From: Myxococcota bacterium
Lineage (GTDB): Bacteria; Myxococcota; XYA12-FULL-58-9; JALHOP01
Direction of reading: 5' to 3'
DNA: 63,829 nucleotides
NCBI GenBank assembly: GCA_039809465.1
Contig: JBDHVB010000002.1
Coordinates: forward strand, 1-63,829
A model generated the notes under the pieces. The model saw only the letters and a list, made by a program, of their open reading frames with translations. It had not been told where the DNA came from and ran no database searches. Position numbers and translations under genes: made by a program. Positions 7,919-18,755 of the stretch are shown here, piece by piece; within the stretch, counting starts at the first letter, position 1, and each line of letters starts with the position of its first letter.

Positions 7919-9993
7919 CGGTCCTCCCCTTCGTCGGGCGGCGTGACCACGGGCACCGCCGGCTTCTTGGGCGCGGGTGGCGGCACGTAAGGCGCTCCGC
8001 CCGAGGTGAGGTTCATGTCGCGCAGGGCGCGCTTCTCGGCGAGGCGGAAGAAGGTGTCGACGACCTCGGTGACCACCGGCTCGGCCGTGGTGCCGCCGTG
8101 CCCCGAGTGCTCGTTCAACACCGCGACGACGATCTCGGGCTTCTCGGCGGGAGCCCAGCCCACGAACCAACCATGGTCGCGGTGGAAGTAGTCCATCTGC
8201 TCCATGCGCAGACGCACGGCGCCGATGCGCACGACCTGGGCGGTACCGCTCTTGCCGGCCATGGTGACTTTCTGCGAGCGGTTGCGATACCCGGTGCCGC
8301 CTGGCTCGATGACCGCGATGAGGCCGTCGCGGATCGGCGCGAGGTAATCCTTGGGGAGCTCGATCTTCGAGCGCGTGACGCTCGAGAGCTCGCGCATGAG
8401 CGCGGGGGCGTCGCCTTGGATGTCTTCGCGGATGGTGCCGAACGATTGCAGCGTGCGGCGCTTCACGCGCAAGTCCGCCGACTCGATGCGCTCGACCATG
8501 CGCGGCGCGTAGACGATGCCGTCGTTCGCGATAGCGGCATACGCGTAAGCCAATTGCAGCGGGGTCACGAGCACGGAGCCCTGACCGATCGAGGCGTTGA
8601 TCGCCATGCCCTTCTGATAGCCGCCGGACGCCTTGTCGACGCGGTTGTGGTACGCCTCGTCGGGGATGAGGCCGGAGCGCTCCCCACGCAGCGCGATGCC
8701 GCTGACGCTGCCCAGGCCCAACATGCGCGAAGCCTTGGCGATGGGCTCGAGCCCCATGCGGCCCGCCATCGTGTAGAAGTACGTGTCGCACGACACCTGC
8801 AACGCGCGCTTCAAGTCGACCGAGCCGTGCGTGCCGTGACAGCGCCAGGTGTAATGACCCATGCGGTACTGCCCCGGGCAGTGGATGTGCTCGGTGGTGG
8901 TCGTCGTGTTGGTCATGAGCGCCGCGAGCGCCGTCGCCACCTTGAAGGTCGAGCCCGGCACGAACTGACCTTGGATGGGGCGGTTCAACCATGGGCGCAG
9001 CGGATCCTTGTCGAGCGCGGCCTTCTCGGCGGCTCCTAGCGCACCGCTCGCGGCGTTCGGATCGAACTCGGGAGCGGACACCATGGCGAGCAAGCTGCCC
9101 GTGTTGGGATCGATGGCGACGACGCTCCCGGCCACGCCATATTTCTTGAAGGCGGCTTCGGCGGCGAGCTGCAGCTCGAGGTCCACCGAGAGGTAGACGT
9201 TCTTGCCGGGCTTGGGCTCGAAGCGGCGCTGCTCACCCAAGAGCGAGGTGACGAACGCGTCGTGCTGGCGGCGGCCCTTGGCGTCGACGACGACCTGCTC
9301 GTAGCCGTCGGCGCCGCGTAGATCTTCCTCGAAGGCGCGCTCGATGCCTTCACGGCCGATGAGGTCACCCAGCTCGTAACCCATGGGGTTGTTCTTGGCG
9401 CGCTCGGCCTCGAGCGAGATGGGATCGATCTCGTTGACGTAGCCGAGCATGTGCGCGGCCAGTGCGCCATAGCGGTAAGCGCGGCGGCGGCCCTCGACGA
9501 TGTCCACGCCGTCGAGCAGGAACACGGCGCGGTCGGCCTCGACCGCCTCGACTTCGCTGGGGTTCAAGTCGCGCTTCACGAGCACGGGCTGGAATTTATT
9601 GAGTCCGCTCTTACGGACCACCTGGGCCGCGACCTTGTCGATGTCTTCCTGGGAGAGCGCGAGGATCTCGCCGAGACGCGTGAGCGTGGCCTTGGCGGCG
9701 GCGCCTTTGCCCAAGAACGCGGGGGTCACCTGCAGGTCGAGCGAGGCACGGTTGTCGACGAGGATCTTGCCGAGACGGTCGAAGATGATGCCGCGGTCGT
9801 GCGGGATGCGCACGTGCTGCACGAAGTTGCGCTGCCCCTGCGACGAGAGCTCGTCACCGCGGACGATCTGCAAGGCGTACAGCCGCACCAGCATCGCGAC
9901 GAACGCGACGATGATGATGGCCATGGCGAGGCCTAGCCGCGTCCCGAATGCGCGCACCGGATTGCGACCCGTTGAATCGGCGGTGAGGGCCAT
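7915..9993 (-). CDS. mrdA: Penicillin-binding protein 2 (elongasome transpeptidase)
   Basis: 692 aa. N-terminal TM segment, dimerisation and transpeptidase domains (GSTFKVATALAAL = SxxK; KSGTAQV = KTG-like). Located between mreD and rodA. Confidence 0.9.
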   Translation of the reverse strand: MALTADSTGRNPVRAFGTRLGLAMAIIIVAFVAMLVRLYALQIVRGDELSSQGQRNFVQHVRIPHDRGIIFDRLGKILVDNRASLDLQVTPAFLGKGAAAKATLTRLGEILALSQEDIDKVAAQVVRKSGLNKFQPVLVKRDLNPSEVEAVEADRAVFLLDGVDIVEGRRRAYRYGALAAHMLGYVNEIDPISLEAERAKNNPMGYELGDLIGREGIERAFEEDLRGADGYEQVVVDAKGRRQHDAFVTSLLGEQRRFEPKPGKNVYLSVDLELQLAAEAAFKKYGVAGSVVAIDPNTGSLLAMVSAPEFDPNAASGALGAAEKAALDKDPLRPWLNRPIQGQFVPGSTFKVATALAALMTNTTTTTEHIHCPGQYRMGHYTWRCHGTHGSVDLKRALQVSCDTYFYTMAGRMGLEPIAKASRMLGLGSVSGIALRGERSGLIPDEAYHNRVDKASGGYQKGMAINASIGQGSVLVTPLQLAYAYAAIANDGIVYAPRMVERIESADLRVKRRTLQSFGTIREDIQGDAPALMRELSSVTRSKIELPKDYLAPIRDGLIAVIEPGGTGYRNRSQKVTMAGKSGTAQVVRIGAVRLRMEQMDYFHRDHGWFVGWAPAEKPEIVVAVLNEHSGHGGTTAEPVVTEVVDTFFRLAEKRALRDMNLTSGGAPYVPPPAPKKPAVPVVTPPDEGEDR

Positions 9994-10060
9994 CCGTGTC
10001 CTGAGCTATCACAGGCTCATGGGCGTGACGACCCACCGAGACGACTCGCGTACGTTTCTA

Positions 10061-10573
10061 TCAGCGCCAGGAGAGCGAGGCCCGCGTATCGGGCGCGAGG
10101 CGCTTCTCGATGCGGTCGAGGAACGGCGTCACGAGGATGCCGACGAACGCCGTGAGCAGCGCCGAAGGCACGAGGATGGCCGTCGACCAGCTCGCGAAGC
10201 CAACATAGCCACGCAGCCCGTAGAGCAAGGCGAAGAGGAGCGCGTGATAGGCCGCCGTCGCGGCCGCGGTGACCAGCGCCGAGAAGACCGGACCACTCGC
10301 GGCGATGGAGCCCGCGAGCAGCTGCGTGCCGAGCGCGATGACGCCGAGCGCGAGCGGATGAAGACCCGTGGGCCCCAAGTCTTGGCGGCCAACGAGATAA
10401 CCCAACGCGAGCGCGATGAGCACGACCTGCAGCGCTTCGCGGCGCAGCGCGAGGTAGACGACGACGATGATCACGGGATCGGGCATCACGTAGCCGAAGC
10501 CACCGTGCGCCTCGAGGGCGGTGACGACGCAGGTGCCGAGCCACGCCACCGCGATCCAAACGAGCGCGCTCAC
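10061..10573 (-). CDS. mreD: Rod shape-determining protein MreD
   Basis: 170-aa polytopic membrane protein placed immediately after mreC (4-nt overlap). This position and size are typical of MreD. Confidence 0.8.
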   Translation of the reverse strand: MSALVWIAVAWLGTCVVTALEAHGGFGYVMPDPVIIVVVYLALRREALQVVLIALALGYLVGRQDLGPTGLHPLALGVIALGTQLLAGSIAASGPVFSALVTAAATAAYHALLFALLYGLRGYVGFASWSTAILVPSALLTAFVGILVTPFLDRIEKRLAPDTRASLSWR

Positions 10574-11571
10574 GGCGATTGTCCGTGCGCCGGCTCGAGG
10601 AGCTCGACGGCGTTGGGCTTGAACAGACCCTCGCCACTGCTAATGAGCTCGGGCGCGATGGGGCCCTGCGTTTCGGACTCGGGTGTCTCGAAGGTGGTGC
10701 CTGGCGGCCAGCGGCCAATGACCACCATGACGTCCTCGAGCTTCGCGACGTCGACCGCCGGCTCGATGGTGGCGTTCTGATAGAGGCCGAAGGCGCGGGT
10801 CTCGGTGCCGATGACCTTGCCGACGCGCAGGCCCTTGGGAAACACCTCGCCGACGCCGCTGGTGACGAGCACGTCGCCCGGCTGCACGTCCGCGGTGCGC
10901 GACAGATATTCGACCTGGATACCCACTTGGCGGTCACTGCCGAAGCCGCGGACACGCGCGCGCGCCCGGGTGCGCTGCACGAGCACGTCGGTCGAGCTGT
11001 TGGCGTCGACGAGCAGCATGACGTCGGCCCATTGCATGGTCACCGCGGCGACACGTCCAACGACACCGTCGGCGTTGACGACCGCCGAGCCCACGACGAC
11101 GCCATCGTTGGTGCCGCGGTCGATGCGCACCGAGCGGAAGAGCGGCGTGGGCGCCATGGCGATGATCTGCGCGTGCACCATCGGCACCCCGGCGGCGCGC
11201 TGGCGCATCGAGAGTAGAGAGCGCAGCCGGTCGTTCTCGAGGCGCATCTCTTCATCGCGCGCCAGCTGTCCGCGTAAGCGGCCGAGCTCGACGGCCATGT
11301 CGAGGTTCTTCTCCTCGGTGTCGATCAAATCGACGTAGTGGTTCCAGGCTTTGATCACGCCTTCGACGGTACCGCGCACGATCCACTGGATGGGCGCCGA
11401 GACCGTGACGACCACCTTGTCGAAGAAGTTGTGGTCCCGCGACTCCTTGCTGTTCGACACGTAGAAGACGAACGGCAACGACAGCAGCGTCAGAACGATC
11501 AGCGGGTCGCGATAGCGACGTAGGAATTCCGACGATGCCATGGGCGCTCGACTAGCAAATCGCGCGGACAC
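10570..11571 (-). CDS. mreC: Rod shape-determining protein MreC
   Basis: 333 aa. N-terminal TM segment (LIVLTLLSLPFVFYV), a coiled-coil segment, then beta-barrel domains (VVNADGVVGRV..., GDVLVTSGVGEVFPKGLRVGKV). The start may be the downstream Met (MASSEF...). Confidence 0.88.
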   Translation of the reverse strand: MSARFASRAPMASSEFLRRYRDPLIVLTLLSLPFVFYVSNSKESRDHNFFDKVVVTVSAPIQWIVRGTVEGVIKAWNHYVDLIDTEEKNLDMAVELGRLRGQLARDEEMRLENDRLRSLLSMRQRAAGVPMVHAQIIAMAPTPLFRSVRIDRGTNDGVVVGSAVVNADGVVGRVAAVTMQWADVMLLVDANSSTDVLVQRTRARARVRGFGSDRQVGIQVEYLSRTADVQPGDVLVTSGVGEVFPKGLRVGKVIGTETRAFGLYQNATIEPAVDVAKLEDVMVVIGRWPPGTTFETPESETQGPIAPELISSGEGLFKPNAVELLEPAHGQSP

Positions 11572-11622
11572 ACTGCCGCGTCAACCCGGATCGAGCGGAG
11601 TTTGTCGCCGTCACGTACGTCT

Positions 11623-12714
<1,092 letters not shown>

Positions 12715-12899
12715 CTAGCTAAATCTCGAGCAATATTAGGCTCGAGCGGAAAACCGGGGAGGCTAATGCCTTACATTGGCCCACATGATCAACCTGGCGC
12801 GAACCGCCCCGGCGATCACGCTGTCACGACATAAATGTCAGAAGTCCCGCGGCCCGAGGCGCCTTGCGAAAGCGCCGGCCGGCTTGATAGTCGCCACGC

Positions 12900-13742
12900 G
12901 TGCTTCGGCGTTTCTGGGCCCGCGCCCACCTTCGTACCGATCCGACACAGCGGATCAACCAGGCGTTTTACCGATCCTTTTTCGCGGTCGGCTGCGCTCT
13001 TTTGGCCGGCTGTGGCTATGGTTTCGCCGAGGCCCAGGCCCCTTTCGGAGGCAGCCGGGTCGCCGTCTTGACCTTCGCCGAGTACGAGCCGCTGGGGATC
13101 GCGCCCGATATCGCGCGGTATCTGGCCGAGCTCGCGGGCCACGAGGGGGCGACCATCGTCTTCGATTCCGCCAAAGCAGACGAGACCATCAAGGGTGTGG
13201 TGCGCCAGGGCCGGACCGCCGCCCTCCCCGTCGTCGACCCCGCGGCCGCGATCGCCGGCTATCAGATCGTCGTCGATATCGACGCGCAGATGGTCGACAA
13301 GGACGGCACGGTGCTTTGGGCCTCGACCATGAGCTTCAGCGAGGACTTCCTGCCTGGCGCAGGTAACCCTTCACAGCTCGCGCTGGGCACCGAGGCATCA
13401 CGCCGGCGCGCGCTGGACCGGGTGGCGCAACGCGCGGCCCGCGAGATCTACGACCGCATCGCCATGTCGAGCAACATGGGGGTGCGCTCGGTGCCGCTGC
13501 AGCCGGGCAAGAACGTGCCGCGCATGGCGCCGTGGTCGCCGCTGCCCCCGTTGAACGCCGCCGGCGCGCCGATCTACGGCCCTCAGTCCGCTCAAGCGGA
13601 GCAAGGCTCGCAGCCCCAGAGCCCGCCCACTGGCACGACGCAGACCGCTCCCGCGGGCGCGACCTACGCGCCGCCCCAGTCGCCGAGCAACACCCCCGCG
13701 ACGCGCGTCGTCGAGCCCAGCGATACCTCGGAGACGCCCTGA
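12900..13742 (+). CDS. LptE-like lipoprotein (assigned by position upstream of holA) with Pro/Gln-rich tail
   Basis: 280 aa with lipobox FAVGCALLAGC. It lies directly upstream of holA and overlaps it, the lptE-holA arrangement known from proteobacteria. The family assignment is positional inference, and the start is uncertain. Confidence 0.55.
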   Translation: MLRRFWARAHLRTDPTQRINQAFYRSFFAVGCALLAGCGYGFAEAQAPFGGSRVAVLTFAEYEPLGIAPDIARYLAELAGHEGATIVFDSAKADETIKGVVRQGRTAALPVVDPAAAIAGYQIVVDIDAQMVDKDGTVLWASTMSFSEDFLPGAGNPSQLALGTEASRRRALDRVAQRAAREIYDRIAMSSNMGVRSVPLQPGKNVPRMAPWSPLPPLNAAGAPIYGPQSAQAEQGSQPQSPPTGTTQTAPAGATYAPPQSPSNTPATRVVEPSDTSETP

Positions 13743-14734
13743 TGCCAGCCCGGACCGACTTCGATCGCTACATCAAGGATCCCAACGAGCCCGTGGTCGC
13801 GCTGGTCGGCACCGACACGCTGCTGCTGCGCGACGCGATCGATACGCTGCGCGCCAAGACGCTGACGCGCGCCCCCGACTTCAACCGTGACGAGCTGCGG
13901 GCCGGCGAGGCACCGATCGAGCGCGTCCTCGACGCGGCGCGCACCTTGCCCATGATGGCGGACAAGCGCTGGGTGCATCTGTCGGCCATCGACAAGCTCA
14001 AGGCGGAGGGCCAGGCAGCGCTGCTCGCCTATCTCGAGTCGCCCTCCCCAACGACGGTGCTCTGCTTGTCGGGCGAGAAGATCGATCAACGCATGAAGCT
14101 CGGCTCGCGGCTCTCGAAGGACGGCCGGCTGTTCGCCTTCGAGCCGCCACGTCAAAACGAGCTCGGCTCCTGGGTGGCGCGGCGCGCGAGCCGTCACCAG
14201 ACAAAGATCGACCCCGACGCCGCGCAGCTGCTCGCGGACCTCATCGGCGTCGAGCTGGGCTCGCTCGACATGGCCTTGAGCAAGCTCGCGGTCTACGCCG
14301 GCCCCGATGCCACCATCACCACCGAGCACGTCGAGCAGCTCGTCGCGCCGACGCGCGTGCACAGCATCTTCGAGCTCACCGACGCGATCGGCGCCCGCGA
14401 CGCGGCGAAGGCCTCGGCGCTCCTGCGCAACGCGCTCGACGGCGGCGAGAATGGTCTGATGGTCTTGGGCATGATCGCGCGCCAGTTCCGCCAGCTCATC
14501 GGCGTGAAGGAAATGCTCGATGAAGGTGCCCGCAATAGCGACCTTGCGAGCGAGCTTGGCATCCGGCCGTTCCTGGTCGATGCGCTGAAGGCGCAGTCAC
14601 GCCGCTATAGCAAGCTCGAGCTCCAGGAGGCGTTGCTCGCGGTGCAGCGGACCGACGTGAAGCTCAAGTCGTCGCGCCTCGCGCACGGGGTGACCCTCGA
14701 CCGGCTGCTGGTCGATGTGATGGGCGGGGCTTAG
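13742..14734 (+). CDS. holA: DNA polymerase III subunit delta
   Basis: Residues 71-400 of track ORF 13532..14734: MPARTDFDRYIKDPNEPVVALVGTDTLLLRDA.... The ATG overlaps the upstream stop (TGATG). Length and layout are typical of HolA. Confidence 0.8.
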   Translation: MPARTDFDRYIKDPNEPVVALVGTDTLLLRDAIDTLRAKTLTRAPDFNRDELRAGEAPIERVLDAARTLPMMADKRWVHLSAIDKLKAEGQAALLAYLESPSPTTVLCLSGEKIDQRMKLGSRLSKDGRLFAFEPPRQNELGSWVARRASRHQTKIDPDAAQLLADLIGVELGSLDMALSKLAVYAGPDATITTEHVEQLVAPTRVHSIFELTDAIGARDAAKASALLRNALDGGENGLMVLGMIARQFRQLIGVKEMLDEGARNSDLASELGIRPFLVDALKAQSRRYSKLELQEALLAVQRTDVKLKSSRLAHGVTLDRLLVDVMGGA

Positions 14735-15199
14735 AGCGGGCCACCTGTCGGCGTTGCAGGGCTTTCGCGCGCATCTTCACGCAACACCTCCATGCCCGCC
14801 GCTGATAATGAAAACCGAAGTGCGATAAGGGCATTTTGTGTCTCGAAACGCCCGCACCAAGGAAAGCTCATGCCGAATACGATTTCGCGTCCAAGCCGTC
14901 CTCCAGCAAACACGCGTCAGCCACCTACGCGTGGTTCCGGTCGCTCCCCTGCAAGCCGCGCATCGGCAGGCACGGAGCACGGTCGTAGAGCCGGCAGCGC
15001 AGGGCACGCACCACTCCAGAACGGCAATGACACCTTCGGGGCTCCCACGCCCCTGCCCGAGAACAAGAAGCACGGCGGTCAGCCAAGAACGGGCAGACCC
15101 GCGCCTTTGCCGCCAGCCGAGCTTGGCAAAGGCAATGTCGGCGGCGTTTTGATTTAGGCCAAAGACGTCGCGCCAATGAGCGCCGGTCTCACCGCGCGC

Positions 15200-15574
15200 T
15201 CAAGGCCATACGTTCGAGTTGGTGTCGGTGAGCTCGCCGCGCTGCGGCCGAACGACGCAGAAGCGCGCGCCGCTCGGAGCCTCCATCACGCACCAGGTCT
15301 TGATGCTCTCGATGCGCTTGGCGCCGAGCTTCTCGAGACGCTTCACCTCGGCTTCGATGTCGTCGCTCTCGATGTCGATGTGGGCGCGGCTCTCGTGGGA
15401 GACCCGCTGAACTTCGATGACGGGCTCGCGGTCGTTCATCGCAAGCTTGATGTACTTGTCCTCCGTCTTGTTCGCGAGCGGCCGGCCCAGGGCGCGGCTC
15501 CAGAACTCCGCGATGGCGTCGAGGTCGTCGGTCTTCGAATCGAGGATGACAGAGCAGAAGCGGCTGTGGTGCAT
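15200..15574 (-). CDS. VOC / glyoxalase-bleomycin-resistance family protein
   Basis: 124 aa. MHHSRFCSVILDSKTDDLDAIAEFWSRALG...HIDIESDDIEAEVKRLEKLGAK, a typical VOC beta-alpha-beta-beta-beta pattern. Confidence 0.7.
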   Translation of the reverse strand: MHHSRFCSVILDSKTDDLDAIAEFWSRALGRPLANKTEDKYIKLAMNDREPVIEVQRVSHESRAHIDIESDDIEAEVKRLEKLGAKRIESIKTWCVMEAPSGARFCVVRPQRGELTDTNSNVWP

Positions 15575-15668
15575 GCTTGCACTATAATCAGCGGGCGCGT
15601 CAGCACCAGTGGCCCGCTCGACAGCGCGGTGCTCCGCGCTCGCCGCCAGAGACGGCGAGCCCGTGCTC

Positions 15669-16922
<1,254 letters not shown>

Positions 16923-16942
16923 TTTTGTTCCTTACGCGTGGT

Positions 16943-18550
16943 TCAAGATTGACGTGAAACTTCGACGAGCCGGTCGTACGCCGGCAGCGTCAGGAAATCC
17001 TCGAGTCGCTCGCCCAAGGAGAGCCGCGCGAACAAGTCCTTGGCCGCTTCGAACTTGGAAGCGCCGTAGCTGTCACCGAGCTCGGCTCTGATCTTGGCCA
17101 TCTCTTCGCCCAGCACCTGCTCGAAGAGCTCCTTGGTCACGGTCCGGCCGTCGTCGAGCTGTGCGCCGTAGCGGACCCACTGCCACACCTGGGTGCGTGA
17201 GATCTCGGCGGTCGCCGCGTCTTCCATCAAGTTGTAGAGCGGCACGCAGCCGATGCCGCGCATCCACGCCTCGAGATAGCGGACACCGACGTCGATGTTC
17301 TGCCGCAACCCCTTCTCGGTGCGCGCGCCCGCCGGGACCTTCACGAGATCGGCGGCGCTCACCTTCACGTCCTCGCGTTTGTTGGCGATCTGGTTGGGCG
17401 TCTTCATGTGCGTGTCGAAGATCTCGAGCGCCACGGGAACGAGCCCCGGGTGGGCGACCCACGTACCGTCGTGCCCCGCCTTCACTTCACGAAGCTTGTC
17501 GGCGCGCACCTTGGCGAGCGCGGCGTCGTTCGCCTTCTCGTCGCCCTTGATGGGGATCTGCGCCGCCATGCCGCCCATCGCGTGGACGTTGCGGCGGTGG
17601 CAGGTCTTCACCAGCAGCTCGGTGTAGGCCCGCATGAACGGCTGCTCCATGGTGACGAGCGCGCGGTCCGGCATGACGTACTCGGGCCTCGCGCGGAACG
17701 TCTTGATGAAGCTGAACATGTAATCCCAGCGGCCGCAGTTGAGGCCCGCCGAGTGGTCACGCAGCTCGTAGATGATCTCGTCCATCTCGAACGCCGCCGG
17801 GAGCGTCTCGATGAGGACGGTGGCGCGGATGCTGCCGTTGGGGATGCCGAGCTTTTGCTGTGCCCTGACGAAGACGTCGTTCCAGAGCCGCGCCTCGAGG
17901 TGGCTCTGCATCTTCGGCAAGTAGAAGTACGGCCCCGAGCCCTTGGCGAGCAGGGGCTTCGCGTTGTGGAAGAAGAACAGGCCGAAGTCGAAGATGGCGC
18001 CAGGCACCGGGCGTCCGCGCAAACGGACATGCTTCTCCCAGAGGTGCCAGCCGCGCGGCCGGACGAGCAAGGTCGCCGTCTTGGCGTTGAGCCGGTAGCT
18101 CTTGCCGGTCTTCGGGTCCTCGTGAGTGATGGTGCCGCGGACGGCGTCGCGCAGGTTCAGCTGGCCATCGATCTGGTTGTCCCAGAGCGGCGTGTTCGAG
18201 TCCTCGAAGTCGGCCATGAAGACGCGCGCCCCGGAGTTCAGGGCGTTGATGATCATCTTCCGGTCGACCGGCCCGGTGATCTCGACCCGACGGTCTTCCA
18301 AATCCTTCGGGATCGGCGGCCCGCTCCAGCTTCCCTCCCGAACGGCCCGGGTCTCCGGCAAGAAATCCGGCATCGCCCCCGCATCGAGCCGCGCCGCGAA
18401 TTCCTTCCGGCGCTCGAGCAGCTCATCCACCCGCCCCGTAAACGTCAACGCCAGATCCTCAACGAAATCCAGCGCCTCCGGCGTAAGAATTTCACGATAC
18501 GCGGGAGTGAGACGGCCAAGTACTTCGAGCTCGCCCATGACCTTAACCAT
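16943..18550 (-). CDS. aceB: Malate synthase A
   Basis: 535 aa. ITGPVDRKMIINALNSGARVFMADFEDSNTP, GLNCGRWDYMFSFIK. Located immediately upstream of aceA. Confidence 0.93.
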   Translation of the reverse strand: MVKVMGELEVLGRLTPAYREILTPEALDFVEDLALTFTGRVDELLERRKEFAARLDAGAMPDFLPETRAVREGSWSGPPIPKDLEDRRVEITGPVDRKMIINALNSGARVFMADFEDSNTPLWDNQIDGQLNLRDAVRGTITHEDPKTGKSYRLNAKTATLLVRPRGWHLWEKHVRLRGRPVPGAIFDFGLFFFHNAKPLLAKGSGPYFYLPKMQSHLEARLWNDVFVRAQQKLGIPNGSIRATVLIETLPAAFEMDEIIYELRDHSAGLNCGRWDYMFSFIKTFRARPEYVMPDRALVTMEQPFMRAYTELLVKTCHRRNVHAMGGMAAQIPIKGDEKANDAALAKVRADKLREVKAGHDGTWVAHPGLVPVALEIFDTHMKTPNQIANKREDVKVSAADLVKVPAGARTEKGLRQNIDVGVRYLEAWMRGIGCVPLYNLMEDAATAEISRTQVWQWVRYGAQLDDGRTVTKELFEQVLGEEMAKIRAELGDSYGASKFEAAKDLFARLSLGERLEDFLTLPAYDRLVEVSRQS

Positions 18551-18554
18551 TCCT

Positions 18555-18645
18555 CCTAGAAACCACCCGGTGCATGCGTGGCCCCTCCAGAAACCACCCG
18601 GTGCATTCTTGGGCCGGCCAAGAAACCACCCGGCGCATTCGTGGG
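18555..18645 (-). repeat. Three tandem copies (about 32-nt spacing) of the 24-nt repeat family, reverse orientation
   Basis: CTAGAAACCACCCGGTGCATGCGTGG / CCAGAAACCACCCGGTGCATTCTTGGG / CCAAGAAACCACCCGGCGCATTCGTGGG. Lies in the divergent aceB/polA region. The first copy abuts the aceB SD (GGAGGA). Confidence 0.9.
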
Positions 18646-18755
18646 CTGCGGCAGCCTACGACGTATGACGCGGAATGTCACGACGCAGGGAAGAGAATGG
18701 TGATCGCGTGGCACGACTTCAATGGCGGGCGGCAAGCTGGTAGCCAGCACGGCGC

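Noticed and set aside
6281-8992. 903-aa ORF suggesting a giant RodA fusion, and 6147..7673(-) and 6302..7495(+) overlapping ORFs
   Set aside because: The first 358 residues are Arg/His/Pro-rich nonsense produced by reading mrdA out of frame. The SEDS protein begins at the Met whose ATG overlaps the mrdA stop (7918). The other two ORFs are alternate-frame or antisense shadows.
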